NCBI GenBank assembly: GCA_964016885.1
Contig: OZ024740.1
Location: forward strand, 299,832,001 to 299,896,000
Direction: 5' to 3'
Source: Eledone cirrhosa
Taxonomy: Eukaryota
Length of the DNA stretch: 64,000 nt
Shown: piece by piece, positions 1 through 15,160 of the stretch
How the letters are laid out: each line of letters begins with the position of its first letter
How positions within the stretch are numbered: position 1 is the first letter of the stretch
Program-made: the position numbers and the translations under genes
Notes under the pieces: model-generated
The model's input: only the letters and a program-made list of their open reading frames with translations
What the model was told of the DNA's origin: nothing
Databases searched by the model: none

Positions 1-78
1 ATATATATATATATATATACACTCACACACACACACACGCACGCACGCACACGTATATATATATATATATATATATAC
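1..78. repeat. (TA)n/(CA)n microsatellite
   Basis: Direct dinucleotide runs. Confidence 0.95.
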
Positions 79-329
79 ATAAAGTCGGACAAAAATGTAG
101 TGCAGTTAGTAACTTTTACTAGAGAAGTATGGGCATGCTCGAAGAGAACTAATCGAGGGAATATGGGGTGAATGTGTGGGAATGTGTGAGAGTGTGACAG
201 AGATACTGAGAAAGAAAGAGAGAGTGGGAGTGATAGGATGTGCAATACTGGAGAACCAGGTATGTTAATGTTAGAATGTGTTAGTTTAAATATTTGTAAT
301 AATTTATGACCATTCATCATAATGTTGGG

Positions 330-1000
330 GTCAAATCTGGATAAAGGAGGTGTGTTGTATAAATAATAGGCACTGGGCTGTAAAGGGAAATGACATAGAC
401 AGTTGATGTGAAGTGTCACAGATCTGAGTGACCCAACGCTATAGGTTTCACAGTTCAAAGAATGTTTCTTAGAATTTTTATCAAGCCTTCACCCGGATTC
501 CGCTATACAGAATATGCGACAGATTTGGCATGTATGAAAAAGAAAGTAGAAGATTGATGTTGGTATTTTAAAGAGGTTCATTTTCTGGACAAACGGACAA
601 GTGCTACAGACACGACAGCTTCATGTGCAGGTAGTCCTGCTTCCGTCGATATGGGGTAAAATCTTGGTAGAAATAAGAATGGCCACGTTTGTACATGCTG
701 GATATCAATTGGCGTTTGCTCAGTCTGGTGTTGTAAAATAAGTCAGACAACTTATTGTGGTGCAGGACCTACTATGGGGTAGTAATGTAGAATTTTCTGA
801 TTCACAGCCCTTACAGACGTGGTGATGTTAATGAAGCAGAAATGCTTTCCAAAGATTGAATATCAGGTTATGTAGTAGAGCCTCCAACTACGAACATAAT
901 TGAAATACATGTAGGGAGCAGTAGAGCTAAATTACGTGGAACGGTGGATCTTACTGGCACTATAAGATGAAGTAAAAAAGAAGCTGGTTGACCAAATAAT
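330..1000 (-). mobile_element. Highly decayed Penelope-like element remnant (linker/GIY-YIG region)
   Basis: Minus strand 617-588 translates to CRVCSTCPFV, resembling the Cys-rich linker before PLE GIY-YIG domains. No continuous ORF; boundaries approximate. Confidence 0.3.
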
Positions 1001-1344
1001 TGTAAAGCTGTCTGCAATGAATCGTCAATATACTCAGTCGTTAAGTTAATATTTAACATAACCCAGTCTTAATGATAATATTACACACATGTAGATTTGA
1101 CTCTCTTTTATTAATATAATATTTTGTGAAACATGAAAAACAGTATACACGAGTACATATGTATGTGTGTGAGACTTCATTTATATCTATATAACGACTA
1201 CCATTTGGAAATATCTCTCGTGAAAACTGAAAACCACAGAACTGTAACACCGACTTCCAACCGGTAGAAACAACGTCAAATAACTAGTTTGACTTCCAGG
1301 TAAGTCCAAATAGGAATGCTCTCAATCTTTCTCGCTTGTGTAAA

Positions 1345-1497
1345 TGTGTGGCTGTGAAGTTTATTTCCCAACTATATGGTTTAGGCTTCGGTCTCAGCGC
1401 GCCGCTATTTCATCAATTAGGTTCCTTAAGAACCTAATTGATATATTTCTTGTGAGTAACATTTGATAGAGAAAAGCTGTGTAAAGGCCGGACGTAT
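1345..1497 (+). mobile_element. Degenerate cephalopod-type tRNA-derived SINE fragment
   Basis: gtgtggctgtg...ttcccaactatatggt...cttgtgagt...ggacgtata resembles the head and body of common octopus SINEs (recalled consensus). Confidence 0.45.
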
Positions 1498-1603
1498 ACA
1501 TACATACGCACACACTCATACATACACACATACATACATACAAAGTTACTCACATACATAGATACATACACATTTACATACATACACACATTCATACATA
1601 CAT

Positions 1604-2282
1604 AGCCCCGATAATATACACATTAAAAGCTCTAGCAATGTGGAAGACATTCATATACATAATTTGAAAGAGTACTGGTGGAATGTTCCAGTAAAAATCC
1701 CAATAAAATGCAGGCATAACAGACCAGATATTATGATATGGGACAGGGAAAAGAAAACATGCACAGTAGTCGAAATCAGCTGCCCAGCAGATGCCAATAT
1801 AATATCAAAGATTAGCAAAAAGGAGAATATTTATGCAGGACTGATGAGAAATCTGCAGATACTCCACCCTGATTACACCTTCGGATTTATGCCTGTGATT
1901 ATTGGGGTATTGGGGTATGTTAGTAACTGCCCCAATACAAATCTTGAGAAGCTAGGCTTCACAGGAACAGAAAGAACACAACTAGTTAGGAAATTACAAG
2001 TAAAATCCATCAGTGGAACAGTAAAAATATGTAAAACATTCCAAAAATGTTGCATCTAATAACTGCATATACACATGTACAGATAAAAAGCATATACACA
2101 TGCACGCATACAACTCAAAACATCCACATCCACACATACAATAACATTCATATCTACACATGCATGCATAGATAATCTACCTAGTTGTTGTGTAAATTCC
2201 AATGAGAGAGTCTTATGTCTATGCTAGAAACTGACTCTCTCTCTCTATTGGTAAACATTTGTGAAATCATAAAACCAGAAGA
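1604..2282 (+). mobile_element. 5'-truncated non-LTR retrotransposon, R4/Dong-like, restriction-like endonuclease (RLE) C-terminus plus 3' UTR
   Basis: ORF 1640-2059 has WWNVPV...HNRPDIMIWD...VVEISCP...KENIY...PVIIGVLG, the PD-(D/E)xK RLE signature. Both ends abut (CATA)n tracts. Confidence 0.85.
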
Positions 2283-4444
2283 ACATACATACATTCATGC
2301 ATACACTCATGCATACACATGCATGCTTGAATATATATATTTATGTATAAATGTGTCTCTGTATGTGTTGAGTTGCACCCCTTTACGTCAAATATTAACT
2401 CATCTCTCAGATAAATACAGAACAATAAGTTAGGTACTATATTGAAGTGAATCCTGTAGTTAAACTGATAGTTTACTAGTCTCTCTTTTACAAAATATAT
2501 ATAAAAACAAAATCTACATTAGTATGAAATATTTATATTTCAAATGTTCACTTTATTCTGTATACATACATGGTGATTTCTTCCCTTCCTTTGTTATATA
2601 TAGAAGCTTTCCTTTTATTCCTATTACTGAGACAAATAATCCACTTAGTATCTTGAACTCACTGAAGTACTTCATGTCTTATAGGCTCAACTGTAAACTC
2701 CCACCAATCTCTGATATAAGTGCTTACACAAACTGGACACTAAATTCCACAAATCACCACAGTTAGATGCAAATTACAAAGTCGTATGAGATATTAGGAA
2801 TATAGGTTATCACCATGGCAGCAGATAGATTTTCAGGTTAATATATCATACAGCCCATTCAATTTTGCTCATCTTCTAACTGCCAGTTTGATTAGATCTG
2901 TCCCTACATGTTGAACAGCTTTCTAATCTTTCCTGTCACAATGTCTTATCTTCACTCTTCTAGACATCTCAATTGAATTTTACAAGAATTGTGGGATTAG
3001 AATGCGAACAATTTGCTAACATTGTCCGCTTACGCCACAAAATGAAACTAACACGTTGTTCTCAAAACGATGTGACGCCAGAGTTCGGGAAAGGATATTT
3101 CTAGAATGCATACCCGGCAGACCTTTCCGATTGCAAACCAGCTTAATAATTCATTAACAAATGATGGTATCAAATATTGCTGCACTCTGCTTACTATTGA
3201 TCAACTCAGACCAAATTATATAGTGTTCTTGTATAATAAGGAACGACATTTGGCTAGTATGCTTTGCTTCTAATTGCAGGCTAAGAAACGCAACATACCT
3301 ATCAATTTTCAATTACCAATCGAAACAAAAATAATTCATCTTACTATAACTAAATATCATTTTACAACTATCACGTGAAACACCATGGGAATAATTATAA
3401 CGTTCTTAAAGTTCACTACTTAGAATATCTTTCTGCTTTCGATAATCAGTATAGTTTGAGGAGCTCTTTTCACTGGGGTGTATCTCTTCGCCAAGCAATG
3501 TTACATGTAATGAGTGGTTGAGATATAAATAACGAATTATAACCTTCATACGCAACAGATAGAAATGTGTTATTTTCGCAACAATTCAACAATTAAAGTA
3601 ACGAAAATTGAAACATAAATGAAATTAATTAAAATTATACGCGTTAGCTTTTAATTCTACCTGCATCGAATAAACAAAGGGCTTCTTCTGAATTTGAAAC
3701 TGAAGCCCATCTACAACTCATTAAACAATAAATTTAATTGTATTTTGGAAAGAATCCTTGAAAGGAAAATAGATAGTTTGAAAAATAAACACGGTGATAG
3801 CATAAATTTAGTTTGTGGAAATTATCCTAATGAAAAGCCGAGCAAAACTGTTAAAACAATGCGTAAAAGCGGGATGTTTGAAAATTTAATGAAGAGAGTA
3901 AAAGAGTAATTAACGCCATGAACATGTTGCTTAAAGTTAATTGAATTATAACTGTATGGTGTTTGGGAATTCTGCTTTTATTATCTTTCGCTCACACTTT
4001 CATTTTGTCATTTAAATATTTTGCTTATGAAGTCCTTATCTATCAATGTATCTATTTCGCCATTCTATCTATCCATCTCTCAATATATTCATCAATCTGT
4101 TTTACCTAACCCCTCCACCGTTAAACCGCCTTGCACTTACGCTTTAGATTACATCAGGTATCTTCATCCATTCTTTCGTCATCTTATCATTATTGAAAAT
4201 ACTTTCCGATTTCTCTCTTCAATCTATTTCATTCTCTTTTCCTCACTTCCATTTAACATCAAACATGGAATTTTGATTTAATTATTTCCAATGGAAACTA
4301 TCCAGATTTGTGTCCACTATACACATACTTATCACTAATGCTGATTTCTTTCATTGATACATCAAACGCTCATTTGGAAAAGATTTGTGAATTAAAATAA
4401 CAACTGTAACATGATTGTTACTTTCTTGCTATTGTTGTATAAAC

Positions 4445-5405
<961 letters not shown>

Positions 5406-5411
5406 ACAAAA

Positions 5412-5571
5412 CTCTGCTTGGAACCATCGAGACGTATCTGAGGATCTTGCGATTTCAGAGTAAGGTTAGATCATCGCATTGATCGTGCCTCTAGCTGGTC
5501 GCCAGAGAAAGGATTGTAATATGTCTAATAAATTTTAATTCGTCGCAACACTGATTCTCCGTTTCTTATGT
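5412..5571 (+). repeat. Dispersed repeat fragment, second copy at about 45541-45681
   Basis: atcgagacgtatctga(g/c)gatcttgcgatttcagagt...gattgtaatatgtctaata is shared between the two loci. Confidence 0.8.
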
Positions 5572-5650
5572 GATATTATACTTGGCTCTCTGTAAGAGTA
5601 TCGAGTGGTCAAACAGCCTACCGCTTACGGCCGCTTAAAAATCCTAAACC

Positions 5651-5708
<58 letters not shown>

Positions 5709-6036
5709 AGAGTGAGAGAGAGATATGCTGAAATGTACAAAGTGATAATGATATATCTCTTCTCTCAATTGCTATTCTCTATAGCATATTAACTTATAGT
5801 GTCAATGACTTAAATTGAATGTCTGGATAAATGATATTATACTGAAGGTCAGTGTTCTGAGATTACCACCATTTTGTATAATTGCATTATATAATAAACA
5901 CATTGGGTTGTGTATTTCCTCGATATAAATACTTGCAAGAGGCGAGGAATCACCCGCTGTTTACTAAAAGAAAAAAATTCAATAGATATCAATGAAATAT
6001 TTTGGAATGAATATACATGAGGATTTAGAAAAATTC

Positions 6037-6068
6037 TACTACTACTACTACCACCACCGCCGCCGCCG

Positions 6069-6143
<75 letters not shown>

Positions 6144-6167
6144 TTGCTGCTCCTACTGCTGCTGCTA
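6037..6167. repeat. Compound trinucleotide repeat (CTA)n/(CCG)n/(CTG)n
   Basis: Direct. Confidence 0.95.
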
Positions 6168-7241
6168 ATAATCTGTGTAATTTATGTGCTACAAGTTCCT
6201 AATTATATGATACAATAACACGTTACTAGGTGATTACAACAATAATGGCGATGTAGATATATAAAGACAGGTGTGCCAGGAAAATTGTTATAGAAAATCT
6301 GAAGACATTAAAAATTAGGAAATGAAACAGTGTAATTAAAATAAATATGTAAAGAGTTAAATGGATAAGCATAAAATGAATAAAGTAAGTCAAAGCTCTC
6401 ACATCGCCAATAAAGCGGCTACGTAGTTTATAAGAGGTCACCACATGACATTAAAAATCATCTGCTCCTGGAAACTATGACTCTCATATATACCCTGGAA
6501 GACGCTGTCAGATTACGAGTAAATTGACCAACCTATGGGTCATTGCAGTTTGTTAGGGTATACATTGTTGATATGGATTTCATTAATTTTCCAGTTGTTC
6601 CACAATTTTGGAGTATATCAAATCATCGCAAATGAACGGTGGGTTCTTCCTGGTTGACATTGCTTATCTCTATTTAATGTTGGCTTATCTTGGATTTTTA
6701 TTTTGTTTTGTAATCTTCACTTTTCACTTCACCCCCCCCCTCTCTCTCTCCCGTGTATCTTACAAGATTTTGTGGTTGTAGTATTTGGAGAGGCGCAGCA
6801 TAGTTTCTCAGTCGATTGCTCCTGTTAATGTATACAAGTCCAAATGCTGTGTACAATAGCACTCTTTCAATAGCAGTTTCTATGACCTGCTGTTGTTGAG
6901 AATCCCTTATACTTTCGTATTTCCGGATAGTCTCGGTAGAGAGCACTCACGTAACTTAAACTATCGCAAATATAGCAACTGTTGTCTCTTTGGCGAATCA
7001 TGATTAATAGCCTTTCATTTTTCCTCACAAAGAAATGTATCTGGAGTATAGCTGCATGTTGTTAGGTGGTAATCAAGACTTACAGTATATATATCTATGC
7101 AGACCCTACACGACCACAAGTCAGTTCTTGTCAACTCCGTCCTCACACAGTGGTGGCAATTTAACTTATGTATACATACATACATATATATATATATATA
7201 CATGCACACACACACACAGGCACACACACATACACACACAT

Positions 7242-7303
<62 letters not shown>

Positions 7304-7589
7304 GGAGAGAGAGTGAGATTGTATACATATTCGTCAATGATGTCGATCGAACGCCCGAGATTTTTCACTAATAGCTATCCAATCACTCCACTTCAAAATT
7401 CTTTTTTCTATATTTTATGGATGCTTGACTGTTTGTTCTGAAAGATTTTTCTGCTTAAAAAGTTGCAATGTTAATGAAAAGCTGGTTTTATTTACAAACA
7501 TTTGAAAGAAATTGTTCTTACTTGTCCTAGCTTTTTCTTTTCCTTTCATTTTCTGACGTCGGAATCAACATTTTCACATATTTACGCTG

Positions 7590-9393
7590 TTACAGTTTGT
7601 TCAAAAGAATGCTTTTGATTGCAACATTCTTAGTTGACTGGGTATCCTTCAGAAACACTCTGACATTTTCTTTTCGTTTTCCGCGGTTAAGGGCTACAGA
7701 CAATTGACCGTGTTGGAATACAGGTCGTTCCAGATAAACCAAGACGTTTTCCATAGTTTGTCCTTGTGCTTTATCAATAGTCTTAGCGAAGCACGATTGA
7801 ACTGGGAATTGGCTTCGCTGCAAAGGGAAATCCTCACCTTCGGATAGATTAATTCTTATTTTAGGTATCATAACGATCTCATTTCTGAAAGCAGCAGTGT
7901 TGATTCTTGCTACTCTGAGATTGTCGGGCAGCTCTTCCACGATTATGCGCGTTCCATTACAAAGCCTTGGAGGATTCAAGTTTCTCATAAGAATGATTGG
8001 CGATCCTTTTTTCAATTCCAGGTTTTGTGGTGACAGTCCTGATAGTTCAACCGAATCAAGGAATTCAGTCGGGAAATGAGTAGCATTGGCACCATCACTC
8101 ACATAATTATAGGATAGGTACTCTTTTATGGTTCCAGGCAAGCGTCTGATACAGGTGATATTGATGCTTCTCATCATTTCATTGAGAGGTACTAAGGTGC
8201 AATTGTTCGAAAACACTTCAGCTGGATTGTCGAATGAGGGGTAAATGAAATCAATACATTCTTCCATAGTTGTTGCTTGAAGAACCATTTCATTTCGCAA
8301 AATAATTTCCTCATTTTCATTTTTTTAAATCTCATCTTCTCCAATATATAATAGGAACTGTGAATAGTCTCCTGCTCCCCCACCCAATCGCATGTTTGTC
8401 TTCAACTGAAATCATTTGAAGCTACGCCATAAGTAGGATTTTTTAATGCAGGCGTTTTCCACGTCCACTTCATTTCCCCTTTTCACTACCGGAAGAAGTT
8501 GACGGAAATCGCCAAAGCAATTTGTCAAAATTCCACCGAATGCCTCATTGTTGTCGCATATGTCACGCAGAGTGATGTCAACAGGTTTGAAGCTTTCCCT
8601 CCGAATCATAGGACACTCACCCAAACAATCTGCCTTGTATGCTGGAAGATGTTTGCCGTCTTTGAGTTTTTATCAGTGTTGCACAGACCATTTTCTTTCA
8701 CTACTATCGGTATTTTGAACCTAGAATGCGCTGTTCTTCAACCAGTCATCAGTGTTGCGGCATTGCCAGATGACGCAACAGCAATATCCACGTCACCGTT
8801 GCCCCTGACTTTTGAAAGAATTAAGTTAATCAGGAATGTCTTTCCTGTTCCACCTGGAACGTCAATGAAAATCAATGCAGATGTTTTCGTCTCTAAACTG
8901 TTACAAACGAAGTCGTACACGTGTTTTGTTCACTCTTCTACAAATCGTCGCTGCTCCTCTCTGCTGTATTGCAATTCATGCAATGACTCCAAATTGCCAA
9001 TATCCTGATTAGCAACAATATTATTTGGCCTTGGCAAGTTAAAATCACTAAGACTTTTGCCCAGGTCGTTAAGTTTGTCTGTCTTCAAAATACAGAAGAC
9101 ATTGATCATAATGTCTCTCGCTAATCAAAAGGTTAGAGTTTCTGGTAGCCCTTTTTTTATATTTGAAGGTAATCCTCAGACAGCGAATGCTTAAATCGAA
9201 CCCATAAAGCACTGGAATTGTCAATTTCCGTATTGGTGAGGAGCACGATGAATAGATCTCTCATGGCTTTGGGAAGCCTTGTTGGCTCAGCATCTTCCAG
9301 AGTCTGCTGCCAATGATCATCCGATTGAAGCAAACCTTTCTCTCTGCAGACGTGTTTGAATAATGGCAGGAGTCCTCCATCACACATTTTCAA
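7590..9393 (-). pseudogene. Helitron PIF1-like helicase domain (frameshifted)
   Basis: FIDVPGGTGKTFL (Walker A), AVASSGNAATL, FGDFRQLLPV, LKKGSPIILMRNLNPPRLCNGTR, QFPVQSCFAKTIDKAQGQT, VFQHGQLSVALNR. Confidence 0.95.
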
Positions 9394-9437
9394 AAGGTTG
9401 AAGGATACTGGCCCTTTGACGTGATGCAGAAGGAGTC

Positions 9438-10270
9438 TTAAATAATACAGGTCACCACTTCGTGGAGAAACAGTGTATACTCGTCCAAAACGTTTGCCTC
9501 AAAAATCCCTGGATACTGCGCAACTGTTTTCCCCACCTTTCTTCTTTCCCATCTCTTATTACTCCAAGTGTAAAACTTTGGCACATCGGCATAATACAAT
9601 GTTTTTGCAAACGGATCGCGATCGCAAAGATCCATGAACTCAGTCAGAGTCGTCTTAGCCATGTTATTGTTTACTTTAACAGCAACATTGACCCGGAAGA
9701 AGATTTCATTTTCCTCATGTAGATGAACTTGACGGCGAACTACGGCCGGAAATCCAAGTACCAAGGCACGAGAATCTGAATGACCGATATATCTTCCTGT
9801 TAAATACTGTATTATGTCATCTTCCCTGTTCACTCCAGACATTGCCTGATCACTGCCCTTCAAGGTATATTTGAGAACGTATTTGATCGATTTCACGGAA
9901 GAGCACATCTCTACGTTTAAGTGGCAGTTGAACAGTTTTAATATTGTAGGGAACCACCCATTCCGAAGTTATATTTCGGCTTCCCTTTCCTTCTTAGTGC
10001 CCCTCAAATCCCCCCATTCCCGGAGACCGTCTTCTGTACACAGGATAAGTGTCCTCGCCACACGATGTATATTCATTGAAAAGCTCAGGGCACAGCTTAC
10101 TGCACGTTCCATCTTTCCAACACGGCGAATTGTTAGAGCTTTTCAAACCGTGGATCATGTGCTTCAGCACCAAATCATGACCCTCTGGATCTTTGTTCGG
10201 ATCTGGTATTTCGGCTTGAACAAACTTATATTCCTGCGGTCATTGCATGACAACAGACACAGATCTTATT
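9438..10270 (-). pseudogene. Helitron Rep domain, C-terminal part
   Basis: AEIPDPNKDPEGHDLVLKHMIHG (about 10220-10150), CSSVKSIKYVLKYTLKGSDQA, LYYADVPKFYTW. The HUH motif region is missing. Confidence 0.85.
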
Positions 10271-10339
10271 CATCTGTCCAACATCAGCAGAGAGGTCACG
10301 TCGTTGAAAAGTCCTTGCTCTATCCCTAATGGTTTGTTG

Positions 10340-10697
10340 GCAAAGACGTTCAGTTCTCCTAGCGTCCGATTGATGATCTCTCATTCTTCTGTCTCTTTCC
10401 CTCTGTTCCGCCTGACGCTCAGCTCTCCGACCATCCGATTCATGATCTCTCCTGCTTCTGTCTCTTTCCCTCTGTTCCGCCAGACGCTCAGCTCTCCGAC
10501 CATCCGATTCATGATCTCTCCTGCTTCTGTCTCTTTGCCTCTGTTCCGCCAGACGCTCAGCTCTCCGACCATCCGATTCATGATCTCTTCTGCTTCTGTC
10601 TCTTTGCCTCTGTTCCGCCTGACGCTCAGCTCTTCAACCATCCGATTCATGATCTCTCCTGCTTCTGTCTCTTTCCCTCTGTTCCGCCAGACGCGCA
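10340..10697 (-). repeat. 69-bp coding tandem repeat (about 5 units) encoding STPR-like 23-aa repeats
   Basis: Units start at 10388, 10457, 10526, 10595 and 10664. In the MPRRGRKK frame the unit reads ESDGRRAERLAEQRERDRSRRDH. Confidence 0.85.
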
Positions 10698-12344
10698 TCC
10701 CTTGCTTTATCAGTGTCATCGATCCTTCTATTCGCATGCCTGTCCCGATCTTGTTGGCGTTGACCACTATCTTGATCACCTTCTTCGGCTCTCCTTAGCC
10801 GTGCTTTCTTTCCACTATCGATAGACCAACCAGATGTTTTCTTTCTTCCTCGTCGAGGCATTATTTAAGAATCGAAAATCGTATTCACCTTAGAAAAAAT
10901 TCCTATTATCTCAACAAATATATTTTAAAAATCATCATTTAGAAATATTTCTAAATAATGAAAATATTATCTATTTAAACAACTCGTATTTTTCAAATCA
11001 TATTCACTTAAAAAATACTTATTAATAATTAAAATATTATGTTTAAAGAAAGCTGAAATATATATACTCGGTGTACAAATAATTTGTATTTTTTAAGTCA
11101 TTTTCACTTAAGAATATATTTTAAATATGCCAAGAAATATTTTTTCCATCGTATTCACTTGAAAATAATTTTCAAAAAATGAAGATATTGTGTATGTAAA
11201 TAAAGCTATTTGTGAAATCAAATTGACTTTAAAATATTTCTACATAATTGAAATGTTCTTTTTATCAAAAGCAAAATATAAACACCTACTGTTTAACACC
11301 AACTGGTATTTTTCCGTGATATTAACTTAATTTTAACTCTCCCCCCTATCCATAACGTTATTTCTTTCTCTCTCTTTCACAGTTCTACTGCCACCGTTTG
11401 TATCTGTATGTGTATGTGTGCCAGTGCATGTGTTTACGTACTTAGAGACGTGTGTGTATGTGTGTGTAACAGTACTTAAGTTAGAGACATATATATATAT
11501 ATATATATATTTGTGTGTGTGTGCCTGCGTGTGTGTGCGTGTGTGTTTGTGTAGGATACCTTCGTAAATAACCAAAACGGTGCATAATGGAAAAATAAGT
11601 GATATAACCCTGAAATTGGGATAAAACAATTTTGACGTAAATCGACATAACCTATTTTCATCATTCGAGAAATATTTTTGATAATTATTAAAAAAAGATT
11701 TTTCAGTGATTTCTCAGTGAATATGATGGCAAAACTGCAAGTTGTTTGTACTTCAAGTATCTATATTTGAGGTTTCTTTAAACAGACGATATTTTCAATA
11801 AAAGTTAAGGACGCTGTCTCTTTCCCTATCTGTCACCCCCCTCTCTCTCACCCTCACTCTTTCTTTCTCTCTCTCACCCCTCTCTGTCTCTCTTACCTAC
11901 AGAATGGACAACCAAAAAACAAACGGATTATTTCTTTCGATATTCATTATAAAATAAGATAAATTGAGTTTAGATGAATTCCTTGCTATTTTTTGAAAAT
12001 TGAAAATATTTTCCATGTGCGATTTACGCGAAACTTGTTTTATTCAGCGTATTTTCTCATTATGTAATGTTTTGGCTATTTACGAAATTATGTTAATTTC
12101 GAGGTATTTTCCAAGTATGCACCGTTGTGGCTATTTACGAAGATACCACCAAAACCCGCGAATCTCGGGAAACCGGGGTCAGAATTTCGCGAAACTTGTT
12201 TTATTCAATTTGTATTCCCATTTCAGATGCAACTTGCTTTCAAAGTATTTACCCATTAGGCGCTCTTTTGGCTGTATTACATAACAGACAAGCAAGCAAG
12301 CAAGCATGCAAGATCAGAGTTTTAGTAGTATATAAATCTGGCAC

Positions 12345-12640
12345 TACCTGAATACGTAATATATATTTTTCTACGATTTTGGTATATTCATAAGATATTT
12401 CCTGTATTGAAGTAGCATAAAACAACATCAGATCCAAGTATCTGTTGTCAAACCATGAGTTTTTCATGCTGAGTTTCTATACTTTTTGCATAATGCATTA
12501 TTGTTCTATTGCTTCTTTCTCCAGTTCCCAATGACAAGATTGTTGAGGTCACGATATGCGCGCTCCTTACTTGAGCTTCACATAGCTGATTTCGATTGAG
12601 AGAGAGAAAGCGTTTAGGAGAATCCGATGCAATGTTAGAC
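12345..12640 (-). mobile_element. Old RLE-type non-LTR retrotransposon remnant
   Basis: Broken minus frames give LCE...AHIV, LCKKY, and NRYLDLMLF...QEIS...VEKY, resembling CCHC plus RLE motifs. Confidence 0.4.
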
Positions 12641-12894
12641 TAGCATATAATTTATCAACTCCAAAGGAAGCAAGACAAAGTCGATTTCGTAATGACCCGG
12701 AATGAATATTTGAAAATCATTCTATCCGACGCTTGCAATTCGCCGCCTATTCCTGTTGTAATACACAAGGCACAATCCATTATTTTTCTTGTGTTCCGGA
12801 CACAGCACAGCCGACCAAATATTGAAATTCCTGCATGCTTTCGAGAAATCGTGGGAATATTGCCAATATGTATAGTCTTGTTTTGTCCACATTG

Positions 12895-13955
12895 AAGAAG
12901 CATATGACCGCGTTCCTCAGTACCTGCTGTGGAAGGCTCTGCAGGAGTATGTGGTCTATGGTCAGCTTCTTAATGCCAATAGTGTATACTGTCACCTCCC
13001 CCTTCATTATTTACATGAACAGGATTGACTTGCGCAGCTGGGTTGGAAGTGGTATCAGGACAGGTGGGCGTAAAATCAGCTGGCTGGAAATTACAGACGG
13101 CTTGGTGTTACTCAGAGGGTGATTTCCGACATGTCCATTATTGGTTTGATGCTGAGAGCTGCTGTATTGCTGGAATGAAAACCAGTGCTACGAAAACTGA
13201 CACTCTCGTCCTAACAAGGAAGCCTGCGTAGTGCGCTCTACATGTGAATAGAATTCCATTGAAGCAGGTGGAGAATGTCAAGTAACTCGTGTATGTATTC
13301 ACGAGAGATGGATGACAGGAAGCTGAATTAAGTGGTAGAATTGAAGAGGCTAGTGTAGTAACGCGCCAGCTTCAACAAGTGGGGTAGACGTAAAAGTGAA
13401 TCTCGATATTTTCAATTCGGTATTTGTGCCAACCGTTACCTATAGACATGTATATTGTGTAATGTCCGAACGATTACGATCACGAATACAAGCGGCCGCA
13501 GTGGGGTTCTTCCGAAGAGTCTTTGGAGCAACGTTACTCGATAGAGTGCATAGCTCATAGATGAAAGGGTCACTACACGTAGAGCCGCTACTTCTACGAA
13601 TTAAGAAATGACAGCCCCGATACTAAGGGCATGTGTTCTGAGATGCTCACGAAAGCATAGCTGTACACATGTTTACGGGTATGACAAATGGACAGAAGAC
13701 CCAGGGGCAGACCACGAGCAAGATGGTCGGATAACATAAATGAGCTTGGCTGGTCACGATTGGGAATCCAACCGGATCAGATGGAGATGGTTGCTTCTCA
13801 CAGAAACCGCTGGAAGGATTGTTTGTGGGCGAAGAAGAAGTAGAAGAAGAAGAAGAAGAAGAAGAAGAAGAAGAAGAAGAAGAAGAAGAAGAAGAAGAAG
13901 AAGAAGAAGAAGAAGAAGAAGAAGAAGAAGAAGAAGAAGAAGAAGAAGAAGAAGA
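12895..13955 (+). mobile_element. RTE-clade LINE, 3' part with (GAA)n tail
   Basis: AYDRVPQYLLW, PFIIYMNRID, LKQVENVK, IFNSVFVPTVTY, RIQAAAVGFFRR, RRPRGRPRARW in broken frames; (GAA)n at 13831-13955. Confidence 0.85.
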
Positions 13956-14656
13956 ATGTCTCTAGAATAATGTCTCTAATGACTAAATAGTCACCAAAAC
14001 TAAACTTGTACTTCAGCCAAAGTAAGCCGGATGATTACAATCATCTTCAAAACTGTGTTGCGTCTTTGTCACGACAGCATAAGAGAAAACAAGGAAATCA
14101 CAAGCGCATTGTCATAGGAAGGCCGCCAGTGGCACACAGCAACAACTACAAAATATCTTTAACACTTTGAATAGCTACTCAGATCGAAACCGGTTACTGA
14201 AAATGTTTTGCAAACGAAACTTGCACACACATATACATATATCCGCATTTATATAGTCATCTGTCTATGCATGTGCATGTATGTATTGGTGTACTTCTCT
14301 ATTATATACGCAGATTTGTCGCTTCCAATGTTTTAAAATTGATAAAAATAGTTTGAGAATATCTACGTGTTACCACCTTCAGCCATTCCCTCACTTTATT
14401 TAATTTTATGTCTACTGAATACAAAATCTTCCAGTATATGTATTCAGCAAACATTTAACAATACTTTCTGTTGTATTTCAAATATCAATAAGATATATGT
14501 CCCTCCATACATTTTTGCGTCCATCAAATCATCCAATTTTTTCATTATAGCGTTCGATCGATCGATCAATCGATCCTATCAGTCACCATTTCATACAAAT
14601 ATCTGTTCTTCTATTCCTCTGCGAAGTAATTTGTTTATGTACATGCACGCACCCCC

Positions 14657-15160
<504 letters not shown>

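Larger units (their letters stand above)
7590..12333 (-). mobile_element. Decayed, internally deleted autonomous-type Helitron
   Basis: Minus-strand 5' end TATATACTACTAAAA followed by (GCTT)n at 12333. Frameshifted Rep-helicase ORF begins MPRRGRKK at 10861. The 3' CTAG end was not located. Confidence 0.9.

Noticed and set aside
6296-6337. CTGAAGA...GAAA hammerhead-like spacing
   Set aside because: Only short A-U stems in very AT-rich sequence; compatible with chance.
10340-10697. CRISPR-like regular repeat (also 30352-30610 and 19225-19366)
   Set aside because: Contiguous tandem units with no unique spacers, no cas genes, and a eukaryotic context.
10247-10798. Plus-strand 183-aa ORF and the alternative minus frame (10381-10779)
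   Set aside because: Shadow frames of the 69-bp Helitron repeat.
13740-13970. Poly-Arg, protamine-like ORF
   Set aside because: It is the (GAA)n tail of the RTE LINE.
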